Of a DNA stretch of 64,000 nucleotides, positions 51,330 to 64,000 are shown one piece after another (within the stretch, counting starts at the first letter, position 1; each line of letters opens with the position of its first letter). The translations under genes and the position numbers were made by a program. The notes below the pieces were generated by a model. It ran no database searches. It was given only the letters and a program-made list of their open reading frames with translations, and was not told the DNA's origin. This stretch comes from Carcharhinus longimanus (Eukaryota): NCBI GenBank assembly GCA_030264375.1, contig JASCQW010000072.1, positions 81,284,119 to 81,348,118 of the forward strand. The letters are read 5' to 3'.

Positions 51330-52700
51330 TTTATCCTTTCACAGGATGTGGGCATTGCTGTCTAGGCCAGCATTTCTTGCCCATCCCTAACTGACGTTAG
51401 GAACATCATTGTGAGTCGCCTTCTTTGACTGCTGCAGTTTTGTAATGTACATGCTCCCACAGTGCTGTAAGGAAGAATGTCCCAGGGCTTTGACCCAGCA
51501 ACAGCGAAGGAATGGTGATCTATTTCCAAGTCAGGATAGTGTGGGCTTGGAAGGAGCTTGCATGTGCTGGTGCCCCCATGCATTTGCTGCTCTTCTCTTT
51601 CTAGGTGGTAGAGGTCATAGGTTTGAAAGATGCCATCGAGGGAGTCTTGAACTGCTGCGGAACATCCTGTAGATTGTACACACTGCTGACACTGTGTATC
51701 AGTGATGGAGGGAGTGAATGTTTACTGTAATAGATGGGATGCCAATCAAGTGGGCTGCCTTGTCCTGGATGGTGTCAAGCTTCTTGTTGTTAGAGCTGCA
51801 TTCAATGAGACAAGTCAAGAGCGTTCTATCACACTCCTTCCTGACTTGTGCCTTGCAGATTGTGGACAGGCTTTGGGGAGTCAGAAGGTGAGCTACTCTC
51901 GATAGAATCCTCAGCCTCTGCGCTGCTCTTGAGGCCACAGGATTTATATGGCTGGGTCCAGTTCAGGTTCGGGCCAATTGTAGGCTCTGGGGTATTGATG
52001 GTGAGGGATTCAGTGATTTGAATGTCATGAGGGGATAGTTAGATTCTCTGTTCTTGAAGATGGCCATTGCCTGGCACTTGTGTGAAGGAATGGTGATATG
52101 TTTCCAAGTCAGTATATTGTGGAGCTTGGAAAACTTGCCACTTACCAGCCCAAGTCTGAATATTGTCCAGGTCTGGCTGCATTTAGAAATGGACAGCTTC
52201 AGTATGTCAGGAGTCATAATGGTGCTGAACATTGTGGAATCATCAGAGAACGTCTCCATTTTGTAGCAGCTTAAGATGATTGGACCTAAGACACAACACA
52301 ATTGTGTACTGATGTACAGACACAATTCCTGTACTGATGTTCTGAGACAGAGATGATTCATCAGCAACAACCACAACCATTTTTCTTTGTGCTAGGTATG
52401 ACTCCAACCAGTGGAGAGTTTTCCCCCTGATTCCCATTGTCTTCAGTTTTGCTATGGGTCTCTTTCAAATGCTGCCTTAATGTCAAGGGCAGTCAGTCTC
52501 ACCTCAGCTTTTTTGCTCACATTTGGATTAAGTCAGTGCAATGTAATGAGGTCAGGAGCTGGTTGGCTGTGGTGGAACCCAAACTGAATGTAACTGAGCA
52601 GGTTATCACTGAGTAATGCGACTTGATAACTCTGACAATGACATCTTCCATCACTTTGCAGATGGTGCGATAATTGGCCAGGTTGGATTTGCTCTGCTTT
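51330..52700 (-). mobile_element. Decayed CR1/L2-group LINE (RT to 3' end)
   Basis: MGIRGKTLHWLESYLAQRKMVVVV, FSDDSTMF, RVAHLLTPQSLSTICKAQVR and KKLDTIQDKAA in broken frames. Confidence 0.88.
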
Positions 52701-53384
52701 ACATTGACAGTGAGAACAACCTTAGAAAGCACTCCAAATGAATCAGCTCAGATATGAGGGGTTGAATTTTCCCACCTAGCATGGGAATCGTAGCTGGCGG
52801 GACACAGACCATGCAAAGGTCCGTTGACCTCAAATGGGATTTTCTGGTCTTGGGACAAACATAGCTGGAAAATCCCTCCCAAGGGAATCATTGTCTTTTT
52901 GAGGTAAAAAGTAGAGAGCTGGTATATTTTGGAGACATATTTAGAAAAGGGCAAAAATAAGAACAAAAGGTATTGAAATGAGAAAAATAAAGAAGAAAAC
53001 AAAATGTATTAAAATATGTTTACCTGTTAGCTGAAGAGGTCCCAAGGGCTGAAGAGCAGGGTGGGTGGATGACTGTTAGGCGGAAAAAGAGGAAGAAGAA
53101 TAGTCATGGTCCCCCGGCCTCCCCAAGATTCATTGACAGGGGCACAAAAGGATAGGCAGGAGGGACAGAATGACTTAGAGGGACAGAAGGGGGCTGGCAA
53201 TGTGATAGTGGTAGGGGATGGGAGGGTCCAAGGCATTGACAGGAGGTTCTGTGGGCAGAGGCGTGACTCCAGGATGGTNNNNNNNNNNNNNNNNNNNNNN
53301 NNNNNNNNNNNNNNNNNNNNNNNNNNNNNNNNNNNNNNNNNNNNNNNNNNNNNNNNNNNNNNNNNNNNNNNNNNNNNNTAGGAG

Positions 53385-53453
53385 GATGCGGCGGCGCGGG
53401 CTCGTTGGGCCGAAGGGCCTGTTTCCCGTGCTGGGTTGTTCTTTGTTCTTTGT
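53385..53453 (+). mobile_element. CR1-type 3' tail emerging from a gap
   Basis: gggctcgttgggccgaagggcctgtttcc...gttctttgttctttgtt. Confidence 0.75.
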
Positions 53454-54231
53454 TGAAAATTAACATTGACAACAGGATGCAGTTTCAGTATAAGTTGCTC
53501 CGCAGACCAGAGCTACAACTGTAAGCAGATTGAAAGTAGATTCCTTAACATATTCCCTCACTACCTAAAAATAGTGTTGAGAGAGATAGTTGTGACAAAT
53601 GGTGTCCTGTCTATAACATTGAAAATATCTATCAATGCCAACCACCAGTGGAACTGGTACTTGCAAGTATTTTAATGGAATGTATGGCGCAAGTGCCATA
53701 TTTGTTATTTATTATAAATCGACCTGTTAACATTATAACTGTTTTAGTTGTGTTAGAATAGGTATTCCTTAAATTATGTAGCACTACCTGATGTATCCCA
53801 ACTTCATCTGTGGCTTCTGTCCAGCAGAAAATCACTGTGTTGCAATGCATTTAAGTTGTGACTGTTTGACTGTGTGTAACTATTAATACAATTTGAACTG
53901 GGTAATGCAAGATGGCTCATAGGCAATCTAATTGGCAGTCTTTAAAAGCTTAAAATGAATGATGGATTGCCAATTCAAATCAATACTGCTAAAGGACAGG
54001 AAAGGATTAAGTCATTCACTTTGATTAATATTTCTTACATACTTCACAGATGTATCATTATTTAACCTTGCATAGAATTTGGCAATTTTGTACTGGAATG
54101 ATAAAGTACAACAAAATACTCAGAACTGCATCATTGTGCAATGTTTAAACTGGTTTCAACTCACCTATCCTAAAAAAACAACTCAGCAGAAATGAATTAA
54201 CGTAATTAATCAGCAGAAACTGATTTCTGAT

Positions 54232-54556
54232 GGGGTGGCACACTGCTGCCTCACAGTGCCAGGGACCCGGGTTCAATTCCGGTCTCGGATCACTGCCTGT
54301 ATGGAGTTTGCACATTCTCCCCGTGTCTGCATGAGCTTCCTTGGTGCTCCGGTTTCCTCCCACAGTCAAAGGTGTGAGGGTTAGACGGATTGGCCATGCT
54401 AAATTCTCCTTCAGTGTACCTGAATAGGCACCTGAGTGTAGCAACTAGGGGATATTCACGGTAACTTCATTGCAGAGTTAATGTAAGCCTACTTGTGACA
54501 TTAATAAATAAGCTTTTGAACTTTAACCTTAAACTTATAAACTTAAACTTTAAAAC
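54232..54556 (+). mobile_element. V-SINE with a different (non-CR1) 3' tail ending in degenerate (ACTTTAA)n
   Basis: Standard head and V domain, then agtgtacctgaatagg...aatgtaagcctacttgtgacattaataaa. Confidence 0.88.
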
Positions 54557-55102
54557 TTGTATGAAAGGTTAGTTTCAACGTTGGAGACTTATATCAAATT
54601 GGAACTTGACTCAAATGCATTCTGGCATCTTGTGCACTTTCAGTTTCAATTGTTCCGGTCACAATGTCAATCAGCAATATCAATGAACAAGAAAATACAA
54701 CTGTCAACATTCAATTTCTGGCCATCTTGTGTTAACTTCTTTAAAGGAATTTTGAATTGTTTAGTATAAATACATACCCTTTCATCACCAGAATAGGGTA
54801 GCTGCAGAATAACTACAGTACAAGTTACAGCAACCCACTAAGATTTCTTGAATAGCGCTTTCCCCATATAACACCATGGTGAAGACTAGCAATGTTCTAG
54901 GCACATCATCGTACGAAAGTTTCTCTCAGGGACACACACACCATCCTGACATGTCTATTATTCCTGCTGCTTTATCATTTCTCAGCCACTTTCCTGGAAT
55001 TCCTTACCTACTACAATTGTAGGAGCACCAGTAATATAATGACTGCGGTGGTACGAAGAGAAAGCCTATGGCTATACTCCGCAGGGAAACTAGGGACAGT
55101 TA

Positions 55103-55432
55103 AATCATAGAATCATTACAGCGCAGAAGGAGGCTATTTGGCCCATCAAGCCTGCACTGACAACAAGACCACGCACCACCCCCCCTGCCCCGGCGCTATC
55201 CCCGTAACTCACATATTTACCCTGCTAATCCCCCTGACGCTAACAGGCAATTTAACACGGCCAATCAACCTAACCTGCAAACCTTTGGAGTGTGGGAGGA
55301 AACTGGAACACCCAGAGAAAAATCCATGCACACACAGGGAGAACATGCAGACTCTGCACAGTCACCCGAGGCCAGAACTGAACCTAGATCCCTGACGCTG
55401 TGCGGCAGCAGTGCTAATCACAATGCCACTGT
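55103..55432 (-). mobile_element. V-SINE (HE1-like), antisense
   Basis: Reverse complement of the SINE body, with a catagaatc tail at the left and gcagcagtgctaatcacaatgccac at the right. Confidence 0.88.
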
Positions 55433-58147
55433 AAAATGATAAAATGTTATTAACGTTTCTGCCCCGTTTCGAAACGGGGATCTTTCACATGTCAGGCAAA
55501 ACACACTACAGAAACAAAATAAATGTGACCTTCCCAGTGTCACCCAGATCCTAAGAACTTGTTTATTCAAAAGGATGATCACTTCACATGATCCAGAGTC
55601 TTGCAAATTTTCATTGCTATAACCCATAAATATTTCTCAGCACAAAGAGTGCAGGCGTTGTGGCTCTCTATTGTGTTTTGATGCGGTTCATAGTCACTAT
55701 CGCCAAATGTAATGCCCTCCTCATTTTTGAGTGGAGCTCATTGCCTGAAATCTAGCCCAAGTTTTAGTCTCCACTCTCTAGGACAGCTCTGTTAACTTAA
55801 ACCCAACCCAGCCCTTGGCTTCTGTTGTTAAGCATCCGTATTTACATCACAGTTTTGCACGCAGCTCTGGTGTGACTTCAGCGGTTATATGTCATCAGAG
55901 CTTTTTAAGCAAGCCTACAGTCCCAGACCTATTTTATAGTGCTTACACAAGTGCATTCAGAAAGGTCTCAGGATCATTCTGAACTAATGGTTCAACCAAT
56001 ACGGTTGCTATTTTTATACCTATCAAACGCAACACCCGATGTTGCTGACAAAGCTGTCTTGTATCACTTTCCAGCTAAGTGCTTAATAAAACCATTTTGA
56101 AAGGATTTAGATTCAAATTCCACTCTCTACGACCTGCATGTTTAGCAGTCCCCAGCTAATTCTGCTACCCAGAGTATACAATTATGTTGAATTATTTAAT
56201 TTGCTTTCATCTTGTCTTGTTCTTAGAGATCTCTTTGTAAATGTATTTCTGCTGAGCTGCTGTTTCTTTGGCTCAGAACTATATTAGATTAACTCCTGAA
56301 TAATGAAGCAGTAATATCTCATTCACTGTACTTGATTTATACACATATATTCAAATTGACAACTCTGTTTAATCCAAGGGGAAAGGATCTCTTAATGGGT
56401 TAAAATATTATAGCATATCAATATTTGGTCAAAATCACATGTTTTTTAGTTGTAGATCAGCCCTATCGAACTGGGTATGTCACAAAAGTTCAGTGGTGAT
56501 GTTTAGGATTTTGGACAGCGATAGAATGGTTATGATCTACAGGATGGAGCTAAAAAGTAACAGGTGAATGGCAACAAAGGTAAATAGAAGTTGCACTATT
56601 ACAATATTGTTACAGAACTATCTGTTCCTCCCCGAGTTACAGAGCAGCCATGATTCTTCACATATCTTGCCATGGTATCTCAAGGCTTGTGCTTTCGTAC
56701 TTAGCACCTTAAATGTGCTAAACCCTCCCAAGTTTCTTCAGTGAAACGTGTCTTAAAAATGGATGGCAAATCTAAGGAGGAGATATTACCAGGGGTGACC
56801 TGGTCAAGGATATGGGTTTTCAGGAGGTTCTGGAAGGAGGAGACAGACTTGTAGAGATGCAGTTTAGTGCGATAATAAGCCTGGCATTTACCTTGGCAGC
56901 TGAAGTTTCAGCAAAATTACATTTTTGAAATCAAAAAAAAATTCTCATCATACTAAAAACATTCTTTTGAATGTTTATTATACCTCATTATAACTCATTA
57001 TACCAACTACCATAGTTTGAAGCTTTTATCTTATTGGATGAGTACCAAATCCACTTATCACCTCTTTGTGAAACCCATTTGACTTAGTTAACACTGTCTG
57101 CTATTGGCAGCTTTGAGCGCCCACCTGTTGTCCTGAATTGGAAGGCTCTGGTGTCTAATGGCCACTATTTGGCCAATTCAGGAAAAAAAATGCAGATGGG
57201 TGACTGCTTCTTATACAGTGCAGGGTCTGGAACCCCACTGACTGAACTCTAACACTGACAACCTGACCCAAAAGGCTGGATGCTAATTCCATTGTTACTT
57301 GCAAAAGACAGTTGGATAAGAACTTGAGGAGGCAGAACTTTTGTCAAAAAGCGGGGATATCGGATTAAGAACAGCTGTTCTTTTAAAGAGTCATTGTCGG
57401 CACATCAGTCCAAATGGTCCCATTTCCGTGTTGTGAATTTCTATTGTTCAATGAATCATGTAGATTTGAAATAATAAAAATATAAAGTATATTTTCATAT
57501 ATTAAATAATGGAGCAAATAACTTGCCTAGATTTACAGACAATGCAAAATGTTTTCTGCAGTTGAAATATGATACTGAAATAGTGTGAAGCTTTTTCTTG
57601 AAAGTTTATCTATTGTATCCCAATTTAATTCAGACAACTTCAGTAGTATATCAAGTCCATTAAATATTGAAATGCTTGGATTTAAAACCCATTTAATACT
57701 TGGAGAGACTTTTCATTGGTTTTGTCACTGGAAGCAGAAGCTTGCAAACTTTTGTACATTGAACATGGGCAGAGCTTCCCTGCAAATGCAGGAAAACTGA
57801 TTAAAAGAAAATGGGGCTGGATTTTACCCACCCCACCAGCTGAAGAGTTGTCATGGAACACATTTCCACTGAGTCCAGCTGCCTCAGAGCCATTTGACAT
57901 TCAACTGGCTGGCAATGAGACGTCCAACCCACCCTCTGGGAAAGAAGTCCCAACAGTGCCAGGTTTGTGTGGTGACATCTGCTGGAATTACAGTCTCAGA
58001 AAAAGAGAGAGTTATGGAGGCCAGACTGAAGGTATATCAGGATTATTGGTAAGGACTGACTGACAGGTCCCACCGAGAAGAGTGAGGTGGTTTGGGTGCT
58101 AGTAATGGTAAGTTGTGAGGAGAGGGATAACGTAGAGCTTTCAGTAG

Positions 58148-58622
58148 TACGGTGGTTAGCACTGCTGCCTCACAGCGCCTGGGACCTAGGTTTGATTTCT
58201 GGTTCAGACCCACTATGTGTGTGGAGTCTGCATGTTCTCCCTGTGTCTGTTTGGGTTTCCTCTGGGTGCTTTGGTTTCCTTNNNNNNNNNNNNNNNNNNN
58301 NNNNNNNNNNNNNNNNNNNNNNNNNNNNNNNNNNNNNNNNNNNNNNNNNNNNNNNNNNNNNNNNNNNNNNNNNNNNNNNNNGGGTTTCCTCTGGGTGCTT
58401 TGGTTTCCTTCCACAGTCCAAAGATGTGCAGGTTAGGTTGATTGGCCATGATAAATTAACCAGCGGTGTCTAAAGATGTGCAAGTTATATGAATTAGCAG
58501 GGTAAATGCACACGGTTAAAGGGATAGGGAAGGGGTTAGGTCTGGTTAAGATGCTCTTTTGGAGAGTTGGTGCAATCTCGATAGGCTGAATGGCCTCCTC
58601 CTGCATTGTAGCAATTCAATGG
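58148..58622 (+). mobile_element. V-SINE (HE1-like) split by a 100-N gap
   Basis: gtggttagcactgctgcctcacagcgcc head and ggctgaatggcctcctcctgcattgta tail. Confidence 0.88.
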
Positions 58623-58671
58623 TTCAGCTGTGCCTTGCAGACCAAAGTTATTAAATCACATTTGGTCATGT

Positions 58672-58950
58672 AATATAGGGACAAGAATAGACCATTTAGC
58701 CCTTAAGCCTGTTCTGCCATTTAATTAAAGTAAGATTGATCTGTATCTCAACTCTGTTTACCTGTCTTTGACACTCTTACCTAATAACAACCAAGGACTT
58801 GAATCTTGAAGGTTTCATTGACCCAGCAACCACTGCCTTTTGGGGTTTCAGTTTTCCAGGTTTATGTAGTATCAACAATCCATCCTTCAAATGAGGAAGT
58901 AGTTTCTGACTTCACTCCTTCATCATCTGGCTCTAATATTAAGTAAATCT
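58672..58950 (-). mobile_element. CR1 3' tail remnant
   Basis: aagaatagaccatttagcccttaagcctgttctgccatt. Confidence 0.65.
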
Positions 58951-61479
58951 GACTTTGAAGAAATTGTTTGCTGTTTTTCCTATTAAAAATTTTGTAAAAT
59001 AGTTTTAATACCTCAATTAAATCAACCTTCAAAGCAACATTTAACGCTGCCTTCTTTTCTTTAATATTGCTTTCTGCGGGAGTGGTAATAGCCAGAGAGA
59101 ACTGAGGGTTTTTTTCTTTTTCTTGGTATTCTTTTGTCAATACTTCTGTAAATGATTTTTCTATAAATGATGCTGCCATTGAAACATAAAAAGAGGGGTC
59201 AAAATCATGAGGAGTCAAACAATGACATTTGATATACGTTGTTTGCTTTTGTTGGTTGTCCATGTTCATAGACCTGCCACGCTAAGCTAGACAGATCAGA
59301 AACTAAACTGCCTTTGCTACCTTCATTTCACAAGAGAGGCTGTCAAAGAACAATGCCATCTGCTGCAAGGCTGACCTGCACATAATGCCTGGAACATGGA
59401 CAACTCTTCCCATAGAAGTGAAGGTCACCACAGAATTAAGCTTTCATATTGGCAATTAACTGGAAGGGGACAGCTGAAAAGGTTAGGCAGTTTGCAGCAC
59501 ACACTTTTATCAGGTAAGTGACAAACATATTGTTTGCAAGAGTAGCATCTTCAACACACTACCTGTAGAAAGGATGCCTTGATTCAACAACGTTTGCAGT
59601 TAATGGCAGGGCTGCCTAACATCCGCCAAACATCATACACAAGGCATCACAGCTCCTGATATCATCCCTGGGTTTTGTGACCTAGATGGACCTTCCACTA
59701 ATCTTTAGTGTTACTTAACCACAGAAACATCATTATATACATGGATGACTGTAATCTAGAAACTAGTCATCATGCCTTTCCTATGAGATTGCTGCTTAAT
59801 TTGTAAGAATCACAAAATGCTGCACTGAGGCAGCCCAATTTCAACCTTCTGTCACAGATTCGATGCCGAACCTGCAGGACTTCGATTCTCAGTATACTTG
59901 TCATAATTTTTTATGGCAGTCTAGGCTATTTGACCCACAAAGTGGGCCCTACAGCTTTTTTCAAATAAAATTGCAAAGGAAAAGGATAAAATTGTCTTGA
60001 TGCTTTGTTTCTTCCCCAGAAGGTGCTGGCTCTTGCTATTTTTATTTTTTGCCATGTTAACATTGCATGCAATGTAAAGCAATACTTAGTTTTTTAATGA
60101 GCATATAATTTTCTTTTCAACTTGCTATCTAGTTTGTAATGTATGAGAATAAAAAGGGAGTGCAAATCAATTTGATATATTATTATTAGCTCATTGTCGC
60201 TTTCTTGGCAGTTTTTATTTGCCACTGGTCATTTGCCATTGCCTTCCACTCTCATGGACATAGCCAGAAGGCAGGTCCTAAGTCTACCTCAGCTGAAACA
60301 GGAATTGAACCTCTGCTGTTGACATTAGCACAGAGCTCATTAGCCCACATAGCCTTCTTATGGAATGCTATGTTTATATAATTCACAGCACGTTTGAATT
60401 AATAGCATTAATAGAAATTAACAGCTTTGATCTAATATGGAGATATGATTGCGAAGTGCCCAAGATTTATTGCATGGCAGAATGAAAAAGGAAGAAGGTA
60501 GCCATNNNNNNNNNNNNNNNNNNNNNNNNNNNNNNNNNNNNNNNNNNNNNNNNNNNNNNNNNNNNNNNNNNNNNNNNNNNNNNNNNNNNNNNNNNNNNNN
60601 NNNNNNNNNNNNNNNNNNNNNNNNNNNNNNNNNNNNNNNNNNNNNNNNNNNNNNNNNNNNNNNNNNNNNNNNNNNNNNNNNNNNNNNNNNNNNNNNNNNN
60701 NNNNNNNNNNNNNNNNNNNNNNNNNNNNNNNNNNNNNNNNNNNNNNNNNNNNNNNNNNNNNNNNNNNNNNNNNNNNNNNNNNNNNNNNNNNNNNNNNNNN
60801 NNNNNNNNNNNNNNNNNNNNNNNNNNNNNNNNNNNNNNNNNNNNNNNNNNNNNNNNNNNNNNNNNNNNNNNNNNNNNNNNNNNNNNNNNNNNNNNNNNNN
60901 NNNNNNNNNNNNNNNNNNNNNNNNNNNNNNNNNNNNNNNNNNNNNNNNNNNNNNNNNNNNNNNNNNNNNNNNNNNNNNNNNNNNNNNNNNNNNNNNNNNN
61001 NNNNNNNNNNNNNNNNNNNNNNNNNNNNNNNNNNNNNNNNNNNNNNNNNNNNNNNNNNNNNNNNNNNNNNNNNNNNNNNNNNNNNNNNNNNNNNNNNNNN
61101 NNNNNNNNNNNNNNNNNNNNNNNNNNNNNNNNNNNNNNNNNNNNNNNNNNNNNNNNNNNNNNNNNNNNNNNNNNNNNNNNNNNNNNNNNNNNNNNNNNNN
61201 NNNNNNNNNNNNNNNNNNNNNNNNNNNNNNNNNNNNNNNNNNNNNNNNNNNNNNNNNNNNNNNNNNNNNNNNNNNNNNNNNNNNNNNNNNNNNNNNNNNN
61301 NNNNNNNNNNNNNNNNNNNNNNNNNNNNNNNNNNNNNNNNNNNNNNNNNNNNNNNNNNNNNNNNNNNNNNNNNNNNNNNNNNNNNNNNNNNNNNNNNNNN
61401 NNNNNNNNNNCTATTTTGAATTTAATGTTTTGCAATGAGAAAGGGTTAATTTATAACTTTGTGATTCAAAAAAATGTTT

Positions 61480-61957
61480 TGAGGAAAGAGTGATCATAAT
61501 ATAAATAGGATTTTACATTGAGTTTGAAAAGGATTAAGTCTGAATCTTAGCAAAGTGATCTTTGTAGATATAGGGACAAGGTGGCTAAACGAGATTGGAA
61601 ATACATTAAAAGATATAATGGTAGAAAAGCTAGCAGAAAGTAATGTGATAATATACATTCCAAAAAGACACAAAATTGATCCAACTATGGCTAAAAATGG
61701 TAGCTAAAGATAGTAATAAATCAAAGACAGAAGCTTACAATATTATAAAATCATATAAAAGGAGTAGTAAGCTTGAAGATTGGGAAGATATAAGAATTAA
61801 GCAAAGAGAGGCTAAAAAAATTGATAAGAAATGTGAAAAAAGGTTGGAAGTAAATTAGTGAGAAACATAAAAGACTGTAAATGTATGTAAATAGGGAGAA
61901 ATTAGTAGAATTAAAGATGGACCCATTCGAAGTAGCACAGGTGAAATTATAATGGGT
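61480..61957 (+). mobile_element. Decayed CR1 ORF2 linker region (between endonuclease and RT)
   Basis: A-rich, K-rich coding remnant (PLWL...EAY...SSKLEDWE...) ending acaggtgaaattataatggg. Confidence 0.55.
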
Positions 61958-62169
61958 GTTACGATCCCTGTAGAGATTTAAACTTTCAATTACCAGCTGA
62001 CAGAATGACACGGCAAGATTGCATATTTTTAAACTTTCATTGAACCAGTGACTAAAAAATGCCATTGACAAAACACTATTTTCCTTTCTTAGGCAGCATA
62101 TGCTTTAAGCAGTCGAGAGGAATGGTCCCTATTTATATTTACCTCATATCATACTCCTACCAATTTATT

Positions 62170-62445
62170 CCTTACTGTGAGTAGTCCACAAAGTCGAGCA
62201 CTTGTTTTGGGAGTCTTGTGTCAGACATGTGGACAATGCAGACCACCCAGCAGAGCTGATCAAGTATGGTCACTGCTTTGATGCTTGGCCGGAGTGAGAA
62301 CGCTGACATTGGTGCACCTTCCTGCCAATGAATTTGCAGCATCTTGCAGAGGAGTGCTGGTGCTACTTCTCCAGAGTTTTGAGATGCCTGCTGCACATAG
62401 TCCATGTCTCTGAACCATATAGGAGAGAGGGTATCACTACAGAGA
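62170..62445 (-). mobile_element. RTE-clade LINE fragment
   Basis: ORF 62172..62405 includes LCKMLQIHWQ and QLCWV-CIVHMSDTRLPKQVL, resembling the RTE C-terminal motif QLRW-GHV-RM-D-RLPKQ. Confidence 0.75.
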
Positions 62446-63299
62446 TTGTGACACTCTGAGCAGAGTTACACTTTTAGAATAAGAGATTGCCTTGCATTTC
62501 CCCCTGCCCCCAGCTAGGGTTAGCCTGATAACAGCAGGTACTCACAAGGCCAGGTATAGAAGGGACATCCCATTCGTTGAGAAATGTTCACTTGACATAT
62601 TCACTTGGAATCTTGTGCCACTGAACACCACAACTCCTCATGTGGCTCAATTACACGTTTTGACTGGTAACCAAACTGTGAATCTCCTTGGGACCTACTT
62701 ATATTAAAGATGTTATATAAATGTAATAAATTGTATTAGTTAGTACATCTGACAATAAGTAAAATGCTTACTCCCAAACTCCCTCCACCCCTCTACTTCC
62801 ACCTTTTCTTTCTCCCTCCACCCTCTCCCTCCAAAAACTTCATCCACTCTCCACCTTCACACTCTCTCTCTGTTATTTCTCCACACGCACTTTCTCTCCA
62901 CACACACTCCCTCTACAATTTCACCCTGCACACATTCTTCCTCCACCATTGTGAAATGTAGCAGGTGCCAACGTTGCTTAGATGGGATACTGATTAGCTT
63001 TTCCCTTGTATGTGATTGGTCACTGTCAGTTCATTACTACATTGTGAAATGTTTATGAGAAATTGATTCAGCTGAAAAAAAGTGTGCTGTGGAGTTTTTG
63101 TCTCATTGAAGTGTGCTGTGTTACTGAAAAGGTTGGGAGCCACTGCTCTACATGTAGAATGCAGAGTTCTTTCGGATAATTATAAATGTATACTAAAGGG
63201 CTTAAAGTCATATAATACTGGAGTCAGATTTCAAAATGGACCAGTGGCAGCCAAAACTAAGATGAGAAAGCAAGAAGTAACCCAATGAGGGTTAGCAGT

Positions 63300-63730
63300 G
63301 CGTACACAATGATAGGATGCAGATGGTGGGGATGAACAGAGAAACCACGGCGTTCAAATATATAGCTTCCTGAAAACATTAGTCTGGTCAGCGAAAGAAG
63401 ATCAAAAATACTTTGGATTTTATAACCAGGCACATAAAAATTAATCCTGGAAATTATAGTTATGAGGACAAAGGGCTATTTCTACTGGAGCAGAAAAGAT
63501 GAAGAAATTTGTTAGAAAGTTTTAACATTATGTAGGGCTATAAAGAACACATTGAAGAAGACTTTCCTCTGGTTGGAGAGTCAGTGAATGGGAGGTTGTC
63601 ACCAAGTTTTTGCTTTTATTTTTCTCCTTAAATCATCTGTTACTGATGCAAAAGATTTTTTTACATCAAAAGAATTGCAGGAGATCCAGAATGTCAGAAA
63701 ATTTACCGAATAAAATGGTAAAATCAAACT
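63300..63730 (+). mobile_element. Very decayed CR1 3' fragment
   Basis: tatagttatgagga...ctggagcagaaaagatgaagaaatttgttagaaagttttaacattatg. Confidence 0.5.
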
Positions 63731-64000
63731 TCCGAGGGCACTTCACACTCTCCATAGAAAATAAATCTTTAGCCACATCTCCCTTCATTACTTGTAAATT
63801 CTACATCTGAAAGATGGCACTTCCAACTGTTTAGCACTTTTGCATTGGGGTTCGTAGCCACAAACTTATGATATACTGCCTTTGCTGAAAACAAAATTAC
63901 ATTAAAAATGACTCATTTCATTTAGCTCTTTTTTTTTCCTTTTCCAGAAAAATGTGATTTAAAACCACAAAAAAGTGATGGAGATATTTATGTCACACCA

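Larger units (their letters stand above)
10512..61410. other. Seven assembly gaps: 10512-10580, 13807-13920, 33981-34080, 47851-48437, 53279-53378, 58282-58381, 60506-61410
   Basis: N runs; ORFs containing X are artefacts. Confidence 0.98.

Noticed and set aside
57716-57745. Plus-strand peptide FCHWKQKL resembling the end of the SYT7 TM exon (CHWCQRKL)
   Set aside because: Wrong strand for the gene and no preceding hydrophobic helix.
58253-58410. 29-bp direct repeat on both sides of the 100-N gap
   Set aside because: Typical unmerged contig overlap inside a SINE; an assembly artefact.
1-64000. CRISPR array, operon or prokaryotic/viral defence-type system
   Set aside because: Eukaryotic intronic DNA with no regularly spaced repeat-spacer array and no long intact ORFs. 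The RT fragments are ordinary decayed LINEs.

Overview
Vertebrate genomic DNA, most likely from a shark or other elasmobranch, judged by its repeat families (V-SINE/HE1-type SINEs with CR1-type tails, CR1, L2, Deu-SINE, LF-SINE-like). The whole window appears to lie inside a synaptotagmin-7 (SYT7) gene on the minus strand. Four exons are recognisable with canonical AG/GT sites: the juxtamembrane exon (45663-45742) and three frame-preserving phase-2 linker exons (27327-27458, 26636-26839, 12523-12885). The transmembrane and C2-domain exons were not found and probably lie outside the window. The rest is intron, filled with decayed LINEs, SINEs, MITE-like elements, Harbinger-like relics, a probable solo LTR, microsatellites and seven assembly gaps. 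Almost all ORFs in the track are spurious or TE remnants. I see no evidence for a wholly new multi-gene system. The best leads are RNA-level: a minimal hammerhead-ribozyme motif with an intact core on the SYT7 sense strand, a candidate stop-introducing alternative acceptor and a YCAY cluster in the 487-bp intron between two linker exons, and two unexplained short duplications about 1 kb apart. Family assignments rest on remembered consensus sequences; no searches were run.
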